From Octopus vulgaris (Eukaryota): a stretch of 64,000 bases of DNA. Positions within the stretch are counted from its first letter, which is position 1, and each line of letters opens with the position of its first letter. The notes beneath the pieces are model-generated. The model saw nothing but the letters and a program-made list of their open reading frames with translations. It searched no databases and was not told the DNA's origin. The stretch covers positions 13,826,001-13,890,000 of the forward strand of contig OX597814.1 of assembly GCA_951406725.2 (NCBI GenBank), given 5' to 3'. Shown piece by piece: positions 22,851 to 38,049 of this stretch. A program made the translations under genes and the position numbers.

Positions 22851-25453
22851 TTATGTATGACTAAGTTTAGTACAATACACTCCCCTCTCATGAAAGTAAA
22901 GCCAGTGGCCATTATTAATGATGATTCAGGATTGATGAAGAAATGAAATTTGCTTAAATTATATGCCTATTTATCTCCATTTTAATTGTATGTCACCCTG
23001 TCAATAAAGGTACTATTCTATGTTACCCAATGTGAATTGGAAATTTCAGTAATATATTGCGAGAAGTAGCTAGAAAATTTTACATGTTCCGAGAGATGTG
23101 TTAGAATGCTATAATTCCCTGAGTGGCAGACATCACACCTTATTATGTTTAATGTAGAGAGATGAATGCGGTATATATAGCAACCGATATAATTGTATAT
23201 ATTGTCCATAGCTTAACTCCAGACACATATGCATAATTAGACAATAAATCGTATTTCTATGTTTCTGAAAATTTGAGAATCATTCTCAACAGAATTTGAA
23301 GGAAGCAATAAACTTTTGTTTCAGTGTTATCTAAAATTAGAACTTAGCACGATACACTAAAGCTTTAGAAAGACTCGTCGCTTTTGAATAGCAGATATTA
23401 AAGTTGTAAATATTTAACGAGCTTTTGTGTTCATACTGGAAATCTTCCTCGTATTGATATTGAGTATGGGGAAATTTGTAGTTATGGTGCCTTTAAATTT
23501 CGCCTTCACGTTGTTTCATTTCAGTCCGTCCGATCCCAACCTTTTAAAGCAAAATGCTTGTTTAAACGATGTAAAAGAATGTCATTGAAATATAGGAGAG
23601 AGAATTTAACTCATAGAGGTTAGTTTATCAAGCTATATTTCTCTGCCTATTGTTTGCATTTATGAATTTTAAATTATTTCTTCAATCTATGAGCACTTCT
23701 TCAGAACTTTCTGTAAATGAATTTATGTGTTGCTGATAAAGCAACTGCACATCTTAGAATTGTTTACATATACGCTTAATTTACACTTTGGAATTTATCT
23801 ATTATATTCTACAGCATCATATTCCCTTTACTATAAGTCTACTATTTAGCATTATCTCATTTAACAAATTTAAAAATTAAAATATGTGGAGATTAATATT
23901 TATTGTAATCTCGGAATATATTGCTTTGAATATGAACGGGAAGAACATACAAAAAGTATCTATAATATGGTTAGTCATATTTCGTAAACTTAGTTTATAA
24001 TATTACAATGAATGATCTCGTATTGAAGAAACTCTTCCTGAGGATATCAAGGATATAAATGTAGCAAACTCAAGACCATAATTGGTGACATTAGAGTAAG
24101 TTTAGCCACAAAATAACAATTGTAAATGTTCAACTATTTCCAGGGTGGCCAATGATACCAATACTATCAATGTTCCAATTGACCAAGCTGAATGAAATCG
24201 CCATAGCATTCCTGTAACATACAGATTTTTAAATTGGTTCAGCGTGGGTACCAATTTCATTCCCAATAGCTTGCAACCGTTATTGCTTCCGGCTATTCCA
24301 CCTAGTTTATTTTACTAAAATTAAATTCTACCATCTATTCTAACCTTGTGATAGCCCTATGAGGTCTGTTTCAATTGAATTCTTCGTCTCTCTATTTCCG
24401 TCCTTTAGAAAACCATTCATAACTATATCTTCTCAGTTTTGTCTACTCTTGGTTCAACCAGGTTTTCAACGTCTCAAATTTATCCCATTTCTCCTGTAGC
24501 AAAGACATCCATCCCACCAGGTGCATTCACTGTATAATATTTACATTCTCTTAGAGTGCATTTATCCCAAACTAGCTGGTGATGCTGTCCAGTATCTTCA
24601 GTTAATGCAATTATTTTGAAAATTCTGTCCCATTCTTTAGACGCTACCATACTTTTCAGAAAATTTCTTATTGATTCATATGCCATTCAACTCTCACCGC
24701 ATTAAAGTTGGTGAATTTGCTTGTTCCCCATTCATGTTGCAGTGTCTATTGTTTATAAGCACCGAGATATTTTCTCACACACAGGCACATCTCTCTATCT
24801 CCATTTGCATCCTCTTGATTCCCATATATCTACTGCACCAAGTACCAAATATGCGTTTTGCTATTCATTAGGGACTTGGTTTCACGCTAGCTGATATAGG
24901 TTTGGAGTATTTGCGGACGTCCATCACAATAAAGATGAACTACACTTTCTTGTCGCCCATATCTGTAATTCTCCGTACCTCACTCTTTTGGGAGTTAAAT
25001 GATATCATTTCAAACTTGCCATCTACATCATGTGCAACAGTTGATGCAACATTTGGTAGATAAATGGTTGTAGCTGCTGGACTTCCTTTCTCAGAGAAAT
25101 ACGCCTGCTATTTATACTGTTTTTGAACAAGATGTGCACACTCAAACGGCTCACATATGCGTCTACACTATATATCATCTCAAGTTTTGAATACTACCGC
25201 ACGCACCTATTACTAGTTTATCCTATGAAATAGCACCTTAAAAATACCTTCTCACGAATATCATACTTGCGTTGGGCAGTCGTTTGCAGCCAGACTTACG
25301 CACCCAGAAACATAGTTCCCTTTACATACAGACACACACCCAAATGTACTTGATATACAGTTTCACTTGCTATCACATATGCCCCGCACCCATTCACACC
25401 GCACACTCTACGATGAGATCGACACTATACTCAATGACATTTTCCTTTATTTA

Positions 25454-25837
25454 TCTCTCTCTATATAAACGGCAGTTTGTCTGTGCGTGTTTCTGTGTGT
25501 CTGTTTTCTCGTACCCTCACCCTGACCACGGCTTTCAACCGATTCTGATGAAACTTGACACACACATAGCCCAATGTCATAATTCAAAACTAACGCAGCG
25601 AAAATTTTGAAAAGTTCCCCCAGTTCTGAAAAAAAATCGATAAATTCGACATGGGGTCGAGAATCAGAAACACAAACCGCAAACTGTCTAGGGGACGCAA
25701 CTCCACCTTTTTTTACTCTCAAAAAAATTTACCATCATTTTTTTCAATTTTTTGGCTATTTTTTGGCTATAACTCTCTAAAAATGCTTTATAGTTATTTC
25801 CCTTACAAACCTGAGCAACGCCGGGCGATACTGCTAG
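25454..25837 (+). mobile_element. Non-autonomous Helitron
   Basis: A|TCTCTCTCTATATAAACG ... CCTGAGCAACGCCGGGCGATACTGCTAG|T. The last ~65 bp are nearly identical to the 3' end of 1850-2148. Confidence 0.8.
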
Positions 25838-28341
25838 TCGTAACTAAACATGTTCAAACGGGAAATTGCTAATAAACTTGTTTTTTCGCACACACGCACA
25901 TCAGGATATTAACATACAAAATATGAACGGATCAGCTTCTCTCAATATTGACATTCGTACGTAAATTTACTTTTCATATAATACATTTTCTCACAGAAAT
26001 TATCATGCTTATCTTCCTTTTTTTCTGTTAAGCAATTAAAAAAGTTACGAATTTCTGGGGGGTTTTCTTTTTTTTTCTTCTTTTTCTTGCTCACCACTCT
26101 AAAATCTAACATACTGAACAGGTTCACTTATTTGTACATCTCTAGACCGCTCCTTTATTTACATTTCATAATTTGAATTTTGTGTTAATTACGTTTTTTC
26201 GCAGCAAACTTCGTTGCTTTGCCATTTTTTTTTAGTTTTCCTTTGTACCTTACTATAAGATATAAATTAAATATATAATTATAAATTACCACTTTGGATT
26301 TATAATTTTAAGATACAAAATGCATATCTTTATATTCCACTGATTGAACGCCATTTCTATGGGCTCAGTGTTTTAAAAAAACAACTGCATAACTATATTA
26401 TATATATTTACGATAGGTCCTTATTGCCAACCAATTTATTGGGGTTAGGTTTTGTTTTCTACAAAGCACAACTTAATAAGATATATATACCATTCAAAAA
26501 GAAACAATTTTTAACACGTTTGTTTAAATAATATCATTTAGATGCAAATACAGTCACTAACCTTGCTAATGTGATCAGTTCAGCTAAAGCCACACACAGG
26601 ATAAGGATTTAGTTGACTTTCTGGAAAACATTGCCTTACTGTAATATGTTTATAAATATAGATCAAGGCAGATAATCATAGATTAATTTCTTATTGCTCA
26701 AGTCATGGAAACATATTTTACAGAAAAAGAAAGAATTTAATCCGTTATTTATAATTCTAAATGTAAGCTAGATAATACAGAAATGCAAAAAGACTCTACT
26801 TGTAAAAAAAGTGATTTTAGATATGTTGGTGTCTTTCCTATAATGAGGAATCATATTTTGCGATTGACTGGCTAGCGCTGTTTCTGTTGTTTAGCATTCA
26901 ACAATAAGAAATTAATGATTGCAGTCTCTTTTTTATACATACGCCGAAGTATATATAAATACAACCCAGACGTAAGCGTAATGTTTTTTCAAACATAAAA
27001 TATTTGGTATATCTTTTATCAATTAGTTTCTAGTCTTCTCAATTAGTGTCTAGTCTTCCACTTTGAACTATTTAATGTGCTGCACATATAGAGTACAGAC
27101 ATTTTTCTGATGATTTACTATCTACTGCATAGATTGGTAGATTTTATTTATGTCTTCATCTAAAACATTTACTATTCTGCGTATTACGCCTTTTAAGTGG
27201 TTGCTTTACGTTTGTAATATATACAATATTTAGATGCAGCCACAAGAAAAATATTAACTTTTGGTTACAGAGACTATAACCAGTTCGCTGCTACTACTAC
27301 TTGTGTTTATTATTTTTCCCCAATTTCGTATATTGTATATAATAAAGCATTTATAATGTTGCACCTGAGTATTATCTACGAATATAGAAAACAATGAAAC
27401 AAGAGGAGCACCCATTTAATTCCCTTCCACAACAACAGCGAATAGCTTCCTGTTAGGCCTACATCAAGGATCTTCACGACATATAGTACCAATTATGTGA
27501 AACGCGAGCCATTGTAATTCACATTATATAATACGGATTTAGAAAACTTTTCACATTGATCCTCATCAATTTGTTAAAAAAGAGAGTACTTAAGCATTAT
27601 TTTAATGGCTATTGTAAATGTCTCAGTGTAAATAAACCATTAATAACCGATATCATATTCACGTACCTGGCAATGTAATATCCTGAAGCATAATAATTTC
27701 CCAAAATGTAATATAAACGATAGTATCCCATACATAACATATGATAGTTTCTAACGCTTTCTTATATGCAAGGCGTACGATTGCTTCAAAGATCAGAATG
27801 AGTATTCAAGCAAATCAGAAAAAAAATGCACTACTGATTTTCCCGGTAATATGAAATGTATAATGTTAGACAGCTTCCTCTCAAGGCTACCTATTCAAAA
27901 CCTTAATATACGATGAAATTGCTAGAAGGGAACGGCGGAATTCACAAAAACAATGGAACCAATCCATCTATGTCGAATGGAGTAGAACTCTGCTCATTTT
28001 TCAAAAGCATTCCAAAATAAACCACATAATAACTTTTTTGAAAATGCCAATGACCTTTTGTTGCGAATCTACATTCAACTAAATTTTAAATTTCGCAAAT
28101 CTTTTTCCGCATATGTCTGTTAGCATCATAACATCTTCTGATATGCATCTTCAGAAGGATAATCTTAATATCAGGATCTGCAGCCTTCAGATATTACTCA
28201 AGGAATTACATGTTCTTCCGTTGTATAATGCCTACTGAGTGCATGTGATATCTGACTATCAGTTCAGGTATACTTTTCCAAGAAATTGTAAGGATAAGAG
28301 CAGGGGAATAGAGTATGTGTTATTAAAGAAACATATATGTA

Positions 28342-28574
28342 CAGTAATCCCTCGACTATCGCGGCTGGTACGTTCCAAAACGCCCCGTGATAGGTGGAAA
28401 CCCACGAAGTATAAACAGTACTGTTTTGTATATTATTTTTAATAATTTTATAATTTGTATATGTTTATTTCATCATAAAGGCAAATCACCACGGAGGAAT
28501 CTACGTAAGCTTAAATAATAAACCAGGATAAGAGAGCCGAGATAGGTGAACCGTGATATCGCGAGGGATTACTG
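28342..28574. mobile_element. Tc1/mariner (pogo/Tigger-like) MITE
   Basis: TA|CAGTAATCCCTCG ... CGAGGGATTACTG|TA: a perfect 13-bp TIR, extending imperfectly, with a TA TSD. Confidence 0.9.
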
Positions 28575-28599
28575 TAATTTTTTCTATTATACGCACAAT

Positions 28600-28790
28600 C
28601 ATGATATTTTGAGGAAGAAGATAGTCGACTACATTCACCCCTATTAGTTAGCTGGTACGTATTTCTTCGAATCAGAAAGGGTGAATGGCAACGCCGTCTT
28701 GTTTTTCAGGTAATTTTAACTCAGAATATAAAGAGGGACGTAATGCTGCTAATTTTCCTGCATGTTAACAATTCTTTCAGTTCACCATCT
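28600..28790 (-). mobile_element. Highly decayed SINE family B copy
   Basis: AGTCGACTACATT..CTGGTAC.TATTT..GAAAGG.TGAA..TTTAACTCAGAA resembles 42660-42760. Confidence 0.45.
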
Positions 28791-29263
28791 TGTGGGAAAT
28801 ATATATATAATGGTGCTAATTACGCGAGAAAAGTACCTCTTGTAACAGTAGTCTCTCAGAGAAAGTTGCATTATGTGAAAAATTCAGAGGAATAAATATT
28901 TGATTAAAAAACAACCGGAAAATTTATTTTAATACACATTTCTATGGTTGCCGCATCTAATTGTGTTCAGAATGTTCTGGCACTGGTAAAAATCGCTTTC
29001 CTATCCATAGAGAATACAAGAAAGATGTTAATGGTAAGAAGTTAAATGTTAATATGCACAACTAAAACAATGAAACACAAATTTCTCCAGGCAGTAACAG
29101 ACACTGAAATAAAAACATTTAAACTATATGATGCATGCAAGCAACAACACATTCGATACATTCTATAACAAATATCACAGAAGCGTTAAATTTGTAAAGG
29201 TACATAAAAATTTCGTATGTACAGAAGATTCACAGAAACAGTGTAGAGAACCTTAACTTATCT

Positions 29264-29340
<77 letters not shown>

Positions 29341-29354
29341 TTTTTTTTTTTTTA

Positions 29355-32050
29355 AATTTTTATTATTTTCCTTCTTCAAATATTCTCACTTTTCTCACCG
29401 AGTGTTTTCCGTACGCCTGGAGCAAAGAAGCTCATTGTATTCATTCCCAGATTACACACACAAATTCACAGGTAAAATATGTATTTAAGAAATTAATAAA
29501 TAAATAAATTCATGAATGGATGTTGTTTTCACAGCGATAATGCTCTTGTGAGTACATGAGTCTTTCCAGTTAACACGATTTTTTGCACTTCTTGTAAGGA
29601 TGGTCAGCCTGGTATAAATAGGTTTCAGTACCCTTTTTTATCATTCCTAGAGATCCTACAATCACTGGTACTGTAGTCGCCTTGAGATGCCACATTTTTT
29701 TCAATTTCTATTTACTGATCTTGTCAAATTCTTTCGCCGCTATATTGTGATTGCAAGGAATACTCATGTCAATTAATAAACACACCTTTCTGTCTGATCT
29801 TTTATAATGATATCCGGTTTATTAGCTTTTATAGTTGTGTCGGTATGTACGGAGAAGTCCCAGAGAATCGAGACATCTTCTCCCTCAGTCAAAGCTTCAG
29901 GATGGTGTTTATACCATCTGTCAGCCGTTTTGATTTTATAATGTCGACATAATGTCTAGTGTAAATACTGGCGTATCTTTCATGTCTTGCTTTATATTCT
30001 ACAGGAACTAAGACTACACCCTGAGATTAGACGGTCTATTATTATCGTTGTTGTTGTTGTTGTTGTTGTTATTATTTTCATTATTATTGCTGTATTTCTC
30101 AGAACGTTCTGTCTTATTTTGTTCTGGTAGGTTCTATGAGAGCGGACAGCAGCCTGCAGTCAGAGATCACACAGGGTATCTTTCCGCAAATTATAAGTCT
30201 TTGATACTTGCCTGATAATAATCGTGGGAACATTCAACAAATCAAGAATCAATCACAAAATGCTAGCTGTCCACAGCAGAGCAGATTCTTTTGGCTTGCT
30301 CTGCTCTCATGTAATGTTTCATGACAGCTATATTCATCGTCTTGGAGTTAATTTTATTAATCATCGTCTCGGTGTTAATTCTATTAATCATTACAGTCAT
30401 GTAGAGAGAAGTGTTGATAAGTTATAACCATCTCTTGGTGGGTTGGTATAACAAGACTCAAAGAGGTCCTTCTCCCGTTAGATGTTTAAGTGTATTATCC
30501 CGCATTGGACAAAAAAACCAGTAGGAATGTTATACCATTAACTAGCCAAGAAGGAATCATACTAGGATGTTGCAAAACATTGTTGTAAAGGTTTGTTAGC
30601 AGGTTTGTTAGGTGCAGGAGTGGCTGTGTGGTAAGTAACTTGCTAATCAACCACATGGTTCCAGCGGGCCGACCAAAGCCTTGTGAGTGGATTTGGTAGA
30701 CGGAAACTGAAAGAAGCCTGTCGTATATATGTATATATATATATGTGTGTGTATATGTTTGTGTGTCTGTGTTTGTCCCTCTAGCATTGCTTGACAACTG
30801 ATGCTGGTGTGTTTACGTCTCCATCACTTAGCGGTTCGGCAAAAGAGACCGATAGAATAAGTACTGGGCTTACAAAGAATAAGTCCCGGGGTCGATTTTC
30901 TCGACTAAAGGCGGTGCTCCAGCATGGCCGCAGTCAAATGACTGAATCAAGTAAAAGAGAGCTCATGGGTCTCTGGGTAGGCATTCAACCAGAAGTTAGG
31001 AATTCTATCCTTTCCTGAAGACTTTCATTTGCTTGACATCCTGAAAGCAAATCTTATATCTTCTACCTGGATACCCTCTTTCTGTTGCTCTTCTAAAATG
31101 TCTAAGTGTGTAGATATTCTATCAATCCAAGGGGTTTTTTATTGTGTGTTTGTTCTTCTACCCAAATTTTATTCCAAAATTCCTGCACTACTACTTTTGA
31201 TGTGACAGACATTACTGTAACTGGTATTTTCCCTATCTTCCTGTAAAAATTGTTGCGGTTATTTTTTAACATGTCGTCCTTGAAGAATATAACGCGCTTT
31301 TCATACTTTTTTATGCAGGCAGCTTTAGCACATACCTTTTGCCTGAAGGTTTCTATGATGGTATCAATGTCAAATATGCTTTTCACATTATATTTTCTCT
31401 TTAATGTTCGGGTGTTTGTAAGTTTGATAGTCTTGTCAAACTTAAGGTTTTTTAAACACTATATGTCGGATCTAAGTAGTTGAAATTGATGTTAAATACG
31501 TTCTTACGAAGAAGGTTTTTTTCTAGGAATGTGTTCGTTTTCTAATCTTTCACAACATTGAATCGTTGAGATTTTCTCGGATGCATAGTACAGATGGTTG
31601 ACATCTGTAATATTAACATCATTAGCTGAAATTATATCCTTAAGTGCAAGACGGATTTTACCAATTATTTTCAGCTTCCTATTAGAATTACGAATTTGTA
31701 GGAGAGCAACGCGTTCATTCATACTGGTTTCTTTAATTTTCAGCCATTCGATCATGATTTGATTTTTTAGATCATGTAGTTCTGTTGGGTCAATTTCTGT
31801 GTGACTTTCTTCATGTATTTGATTTTCATTTGCCTTAGTGTTTATGGTTGGTTCAGAGAGTATTTCACTTTGCCTATCAGTTACATTAACTCTTTCAATC
31901 ATTATTGCATTTTAATCAGCTCTGGGCCGGTCTATAATTATTTCCTCTGTAGTATCTTCTTTAGCTGCAACTTCGTTCCTTTTATCCTTTACTGCTTGTT
32001 TAATTTGGTCAATCTCTACATTTTAAGTTATTGGTTTCTTTCAGCATAGG
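29355..32050 (-). mobile_element. Old, disrupted R4/Dong-like LINE of a second family
   Basis: The 3' end abuts (TTA)n/poly-T at 29266-29352. Minus-strand peptides WDFSVHTDTTIKANKPDIII, EVQKIVLTG, DRIPNFWLNAYPETHELLTNLYN, PSWLVNGITFL and QEFWNKIW. Many stops; the RT core is missing. Confidence 0.8.
30612..30960 (+). mobile_element. SINE family A copy nested in the old LINE
   Basis: GGAGTGGCTGTGTGGTAAG..GGATTTGGTAGACGGAAACTGAAAGAAG..GGTTCGGCAAAAGAGACCGATAG..CAAGTAAAAGAG. It interrupts the LINE frame THE|LLTNLYN, and the B-box region is deleted. Confidence 0.85.
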
Positions 32051-35031
32051 AGCAGTTCTTACTTACAGTTGGTTTAGCACGGATATTATGAGAGAAGTGT
32101 TTGAACGAACGATGTTGTATCGAGATTTAACTCAACTTATCTGGTATTTTACACCTTTATAGAAATATTGCATCTTGTTTTCATTACTGAAAACTTTATT
32201 GTACTATTTATTTGTAGACTTGCCATACACAGGACTGAGTATGCATATGTATAAATACTCAAATACACGCACATACACGTTCATACATGCATACGTACAC
32301 ACATATATATGTGTGTGTGTATTATGTCATATGATATGCTCAAGGAAGGGAGTTCTCTAAGCTTCTGATTGAGCAATGAAATTGTATTTGAACGGATAGT
32401 GTTGTGACTCCTATTCCTACTCTAAAAGCAAACTAATTTTATAACACGGGCCAGAATAATCATAATTTGTGACACAATTCCTTACTATATACACCTTTGA
32501 AAATATGTGAAACGGATCAAATACATTCCTATATTTTAAAATATTATAAGATTCTAATTAATTATATGTCTTCTTTGCATTTGGAAATTTATTTCTGCTA
32601 TTCTGCTATACTCTGTGTTTGGATTTCTCTCTCTCTTTCCAAATTCAAAGAATGGAGTAGGTAAAATATAGGTTACATATGTTTCATAGCTAACAAAATC
32701 TCAAAAGAGAATGTATTACATAATCAGTGTCTATAGTCAAAAATTAAATGTACAAAACCATCTAATTCTTAATAGTTCGCCGATAAAGTAACATTCTCAA
32801 AGTACAAATAATTGGGCCCTCCCGTCCCGTTATTCACTAACTATTTCTATGCCCCCACTTTCAGCTCTTATACCTATTTATAACAAACGAATTTTAACTA
32901 CCTATATATTTTTATGCATTATATTTTTTATATTTTTATTCTTTTTTATATTATATTCTTTTATTATATTATTCTTTTTTATATTAAATTATTTTATTAT
33001 ATTCTTCTTTTTTATATTATATTCTTTTATTATATTATTATTCTTTTTTCTTTTATATTTCGTATTTATTGTTAAATTAGTGATCTCTGTATATGCACAT
33101 GAGCATATCAATATTTTCCCCTACTCTTCCCCTTTCATTTTCTTTATTCTGCTTTCTAATATCTAAGTGGTCAAATTTCTAACGTTGTTAACAACGTTAG
33201 ATATTTGCCCACTTCTATATAATATTTCTTCACACATATATATTTGTTTTTCTTTTCTCTGTGTTTTCCGTGCATTTTCAATCAAATTTCGTGGCGACAA
33301 TATAAAATTCATTTGACTAAGGTAGCTTTTGTTTGATGAGTACATAGCAGATTACCCTTCGTTAAATAATTACAACTTCTGATGTTCTGCTAGATAGGAA
33401 ACATATGTAGTCTGGATTTTACCTTCTCCATTCCCTAAATTTGAATTTTTATTGGCATACATAGCAAACCCAGTTGTCAATTGTGAACCATAGACTTTGG
33501 TATGGGAAAACGCTACAACCTTCTATGTCAATACACCACTATTGTTCCTGAATATTGATTTTTATACCTTCAACGGACTCTTCGAATCTTACTAACTTCC
33601 TGCACCTTGATAAACGGATCTCATCTTTACATATAATTATATATGTATATATGTGTGCGTGTGTATGTGTGTGTGTGATATTTGAGATGATTACCTCTCA
33701 GACTTGGAATTTATAGGTCTCATACTCCACAAACACAAACGCTTCATTGACAAATTAAATGTCGTCGCTGTTAAAAAGGGCGCACATTTATATGATGCTA
33801 CCTTGGCATGAGTGATTATGTGATGCAGATGTGCAACACGATGAAAATACTAAAAGAATTTGTTGCATTTTACATTACCGTAAATGTAAGTACCTTTAGT
33901 AGATTTGACGTAATGCTACAAACAATACTCTACACAGAGAATATGCTAATAACCAAAATAACATAAGTTTAACCTTTTTCCCCCTGTTCTTAATTATTGC
34001 ATCCCGTCATATATTCATAAATATACTACGTAAACCTCCTCGTGAATTAACGAAAGCCTGGTTTTAATCAATAGGTGAATATAAGTTCTGGCGTTGTTTA
34101 TCATAGAGGATTGTGCTTTGGTTTTTAGGAACATATTGAGTTAAGAAAAAGGAACACGGAATAAAAGATTAAACGGTTATTATTTAATTTGTCTTTTGCC
34201 GTGTGGTATAATTAGTGTATTATTTTATATCTAAAAATCAGATTTGCAAGTCACACAATATCGCATACGTTTTCGCTAAAGCTATTCACTGAAAGGCATA
34301 CGCAGTATCTACCTTAGTGTTTGAATATGCTTCAGCCAGCCACGTTTCAGTTCGTCCTATTTTGTACTTAGAAGATTACTTTGCCATAAGCTGTAGGATT
34401 ATCACTATGTCCATCTGATATTATGCTCCCCTATTTTGTTTACTTTTTTTCTTCTGCTTCAGTTAATCTTGACACTTCATAATGGATATCATTCTTGCCC
34501 CATTTGTCACACCGAAATATTGTGCTTAACTTTGCAACTGGCACTTCATTGCTGTCTTTATTCTCCTTCAATTTATCAAACAGTCTCTTCGGATAAATTT
34601 GAAAGCAGATTTTCTTCTGAAAGTAGTCTTTTCTATGTTTTTATCGATTTTATCTAAGCTGACTTTGTTGTCACACTTTATTTCTGTTCTTCATTTACAG
34701 CACTTACTTTTTTTTGTTTCTTTTTGCCTTTTCTACATAGTATTTTATTTCCATATTTAAACGATTCTTTTTTGTGCATCATGTTCAAGAATCTGCTTTC
34801 GTGAATCAAGCACTTAATGCTAGTTTCTCACCGTCTTTGAAACTAGTGTATTTTTCTCTTCATTCTTGTTTTAACAGCCGTATAGCCAACACGTTTTTGT
34901 ATTGCTCACGCTACAGCGGTGTATAGTGCCATAAGAGAAATAATTGCCACATATCATATCATATTGTCAATTTTTGCTGTTTTTGGATTACCATCTTCAT
35001 AAAGTTAGCAGACTTCTCAGTAACTTGCCGA

Positions 35032-35112
<81 letters not shown>

Positions 35113-35115
<3 letters not shown>

Positions 35116-35239
35116 TAGTTTTATTTTTATAGCGTGCTTTCACTTCACTACCGAGCGCAGCTCTGTGTGCCTTGGGTATGTGCTGTGATTTGTTGTATGC
35201 TCTGATGGTTATTGTATGGAAAGTGTTCTGCGTAGGATG

Positions 35240-35241
<2 letters not shown>
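35113..35241 (-). mobile_element. 129-bp 3'-end copy of the young Dong LINE
   Basis: Nearly identical to 18054-18189 and flanked by (TTA)n on both sides. Confidence 0.92.
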
Positions 35242-35294
<53 letters not shown>

Positions 35295-35790
35295 GCTGGT
35301 TGTATTTGCTGTTAATATTATCATTATTATAATTACAATTGATGATGATGATGATCCTGATGATGATGATGATCATGATGATGATCATGATCATGATGAA
35401 GACGACGAGGACGACGATGTTGATGATAATACATCACCCTATGTTACATCGTTTTATTTGTTGGCAACTTGTTACATAAATAAATTGGAAAGAAAAACAT
35501 TTTGCTTCATGAAAACCCCACTCGAGATCAACTTTAAATGTGCAGAGAAGGCAGAAATATAAGCATTTATATCGAATTAATCATGCTATTCTTATTGAGC
35601 AACGTATAGCAATAATTTGTACATAAATGAAGATATACACCCGTGCAAGCCTAAATATATACATACATGTGTATATACTTCAACACGTGCACACACACAT
35701 AGATAGATATATAGATAGATAGATAGATAGGTAGATAGATAGATAGATAGATATATAGAGAGATAGATAGATAGATAGATAAATAAATAA

Positions 35791-35874
<84 letters not shown>

Positions 35875-35876
<2 letters not shown>

Positions 35877-36032
35877 CGCTAGCCACTATACCTTATTTCT
35901 GCATTCCTTTCTGTCGATGAACGTAGGCTCGAAACGTTAAAGACTTTCTCACTTCCCGGACGTTAAACGAATACATCTGTTTGTAGTTTACACACTAGTC
36001 TTCGTCTTTTGTATTTTTTTTGTAAATTCTCA
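35875..36032 (+). mobile_element. Variant-hammerhead short element, copy 2
   Basis: CTTT-CTGTCGA-T-GAAC-GTAG-GCTC-GAAACGTT-AAAG (35907-35942), lying between (AGAT)n and (TA)n. Confidence 0.7.
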
Positions 36033-36048
36033 ATATATATATATGTAA

Positions 36049-36113
<65 letters not shown>

Positions 36114-36115
<2 letters not shown>

Positions 36116-36300
36116 GCCATGATTAATCGCTAAATCCACGATTTTCTTTTATTCTCTCTGTTTATTTCCTCATATTTCTTTATGTTGAAGAGCGTGGGTT
36201 CGAAACGTAAAATACGTTCTCACTTCCCGAGCGTTAATCTGGTACACCTGCTTGTTGTTCACACACCTGTCTTCGTCATTTGTTTTTCAGTAAATTTGAA
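36114..36300 (+). mobile_element. Variant-hammerhead short element, copy 3
   Basis: CTTT-ATGTTGA-A-GAGC-GTGG-GTTC-GAAACGTA-AAAT (36178-36213), with the same head CGCCATGAT and the same tail. Confidence 0.7.
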
Positions 36301-36314
36301 ATATATAAATATAC

Positions 36315-36955
<641 letters not shown>

Positions 36956-38049
36956 GAAAAGAGAATTTTGCACTAAGAATTTCGAGATATAAAACTTCAT
37001 CTACATTATTTGAGGTACTGCAAAAGTGAGCTTCATCTGTATTTCGAAAATGCGTGGTTACGGCCAGTTCACCAGAATGCACCGACAAATGGAAGTTATC
37101 TCAAAGCTTTCGGCATTCCTCATATATATGGTAGGTAGAGGGCAGTGGCCTATGTAAACTGCTGTCAATATCAATTCTGGTTTTCTTCGTGTATCACATT
37201 TCCGTGATTTAATGCCGGCTTCATCATACCAATGAGAATGCCCACAGAATGTAACGCGAATAACCTCCGAATCAAGGTAGCTAGCCTTAAAAATAAGCTG
37301 AAATCAGCAATAAACTACTGAAAAAAGTTTACTAAGCAAAATGGCATTAATAACTAAACCACATTGCGCATGTTTTTTCCCCTCCCAAATTCATGAGACA
37401 TGATACTCTCTTTAATCCGTCTTCCATTTCTCCACTTATCCTGATGAAGTACTCCAAGCTCCAAAATATTGAGATACGAGGAGAAACTTGTTCATCATTC
37501 GGTTTTTGGTACGGTCGTTATAGGCCCGTATCTAAAGCTAAGTTAACATGTAGATCATTAACGTAACTATGTCCTTTTTCAAAAGAAAGAGAACGACTTA
37601 AATAATCCCAAAAGTTTTTTCTGGGACCTTTCCAATTTAGCATTCCTAGATCTGTGTATTGTATAAAGAGCGTCGGCCCTATATAATCAAGTTCCTAACT
37701 CCGGAAATTCGCTATTAATATATTTTAAAATATAACTTCCAGCGAGCCGAGCCGCTGGAGCCCATAGAAATGTCAAATCCACGAAGCCAATCCTCACGTT
37801 CCCAGTTTTTCCTTTGAATTCGGTTAAGAATTATCTATCAGCTAGCACGTATGTGTCTTTTTTAGATAAGCAAGAGTTCTTCACTGCAAATACTACTGCA
37901 TTATTAACTACAATTGAATTAATATATGCATAGTAAATACATATATCAATTTGTATGAATTTTATGCATTTTTTCTTATTATCGGTAAAGCAATCAAACA
38001 CATCATAAGTAGAAGACTATAACTTAAGTTGAGTTATCTTTATAAGTTT

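Noticed and set aside
27105-27150. CTGATGA followed by a long hairpin
   Set aside because: No GAAA after the stem.
33400-33600. Possible RT motif fragment on the minus strand (YGSQLTTGFAM)
   Set aside because: Similarity is too weak.
37437-37497. CTGATGA...GAAAC hammerhead candidate upstream of the PLE remnant
   Set aside because: The stem II register is ambiguous and stem I does not pair.
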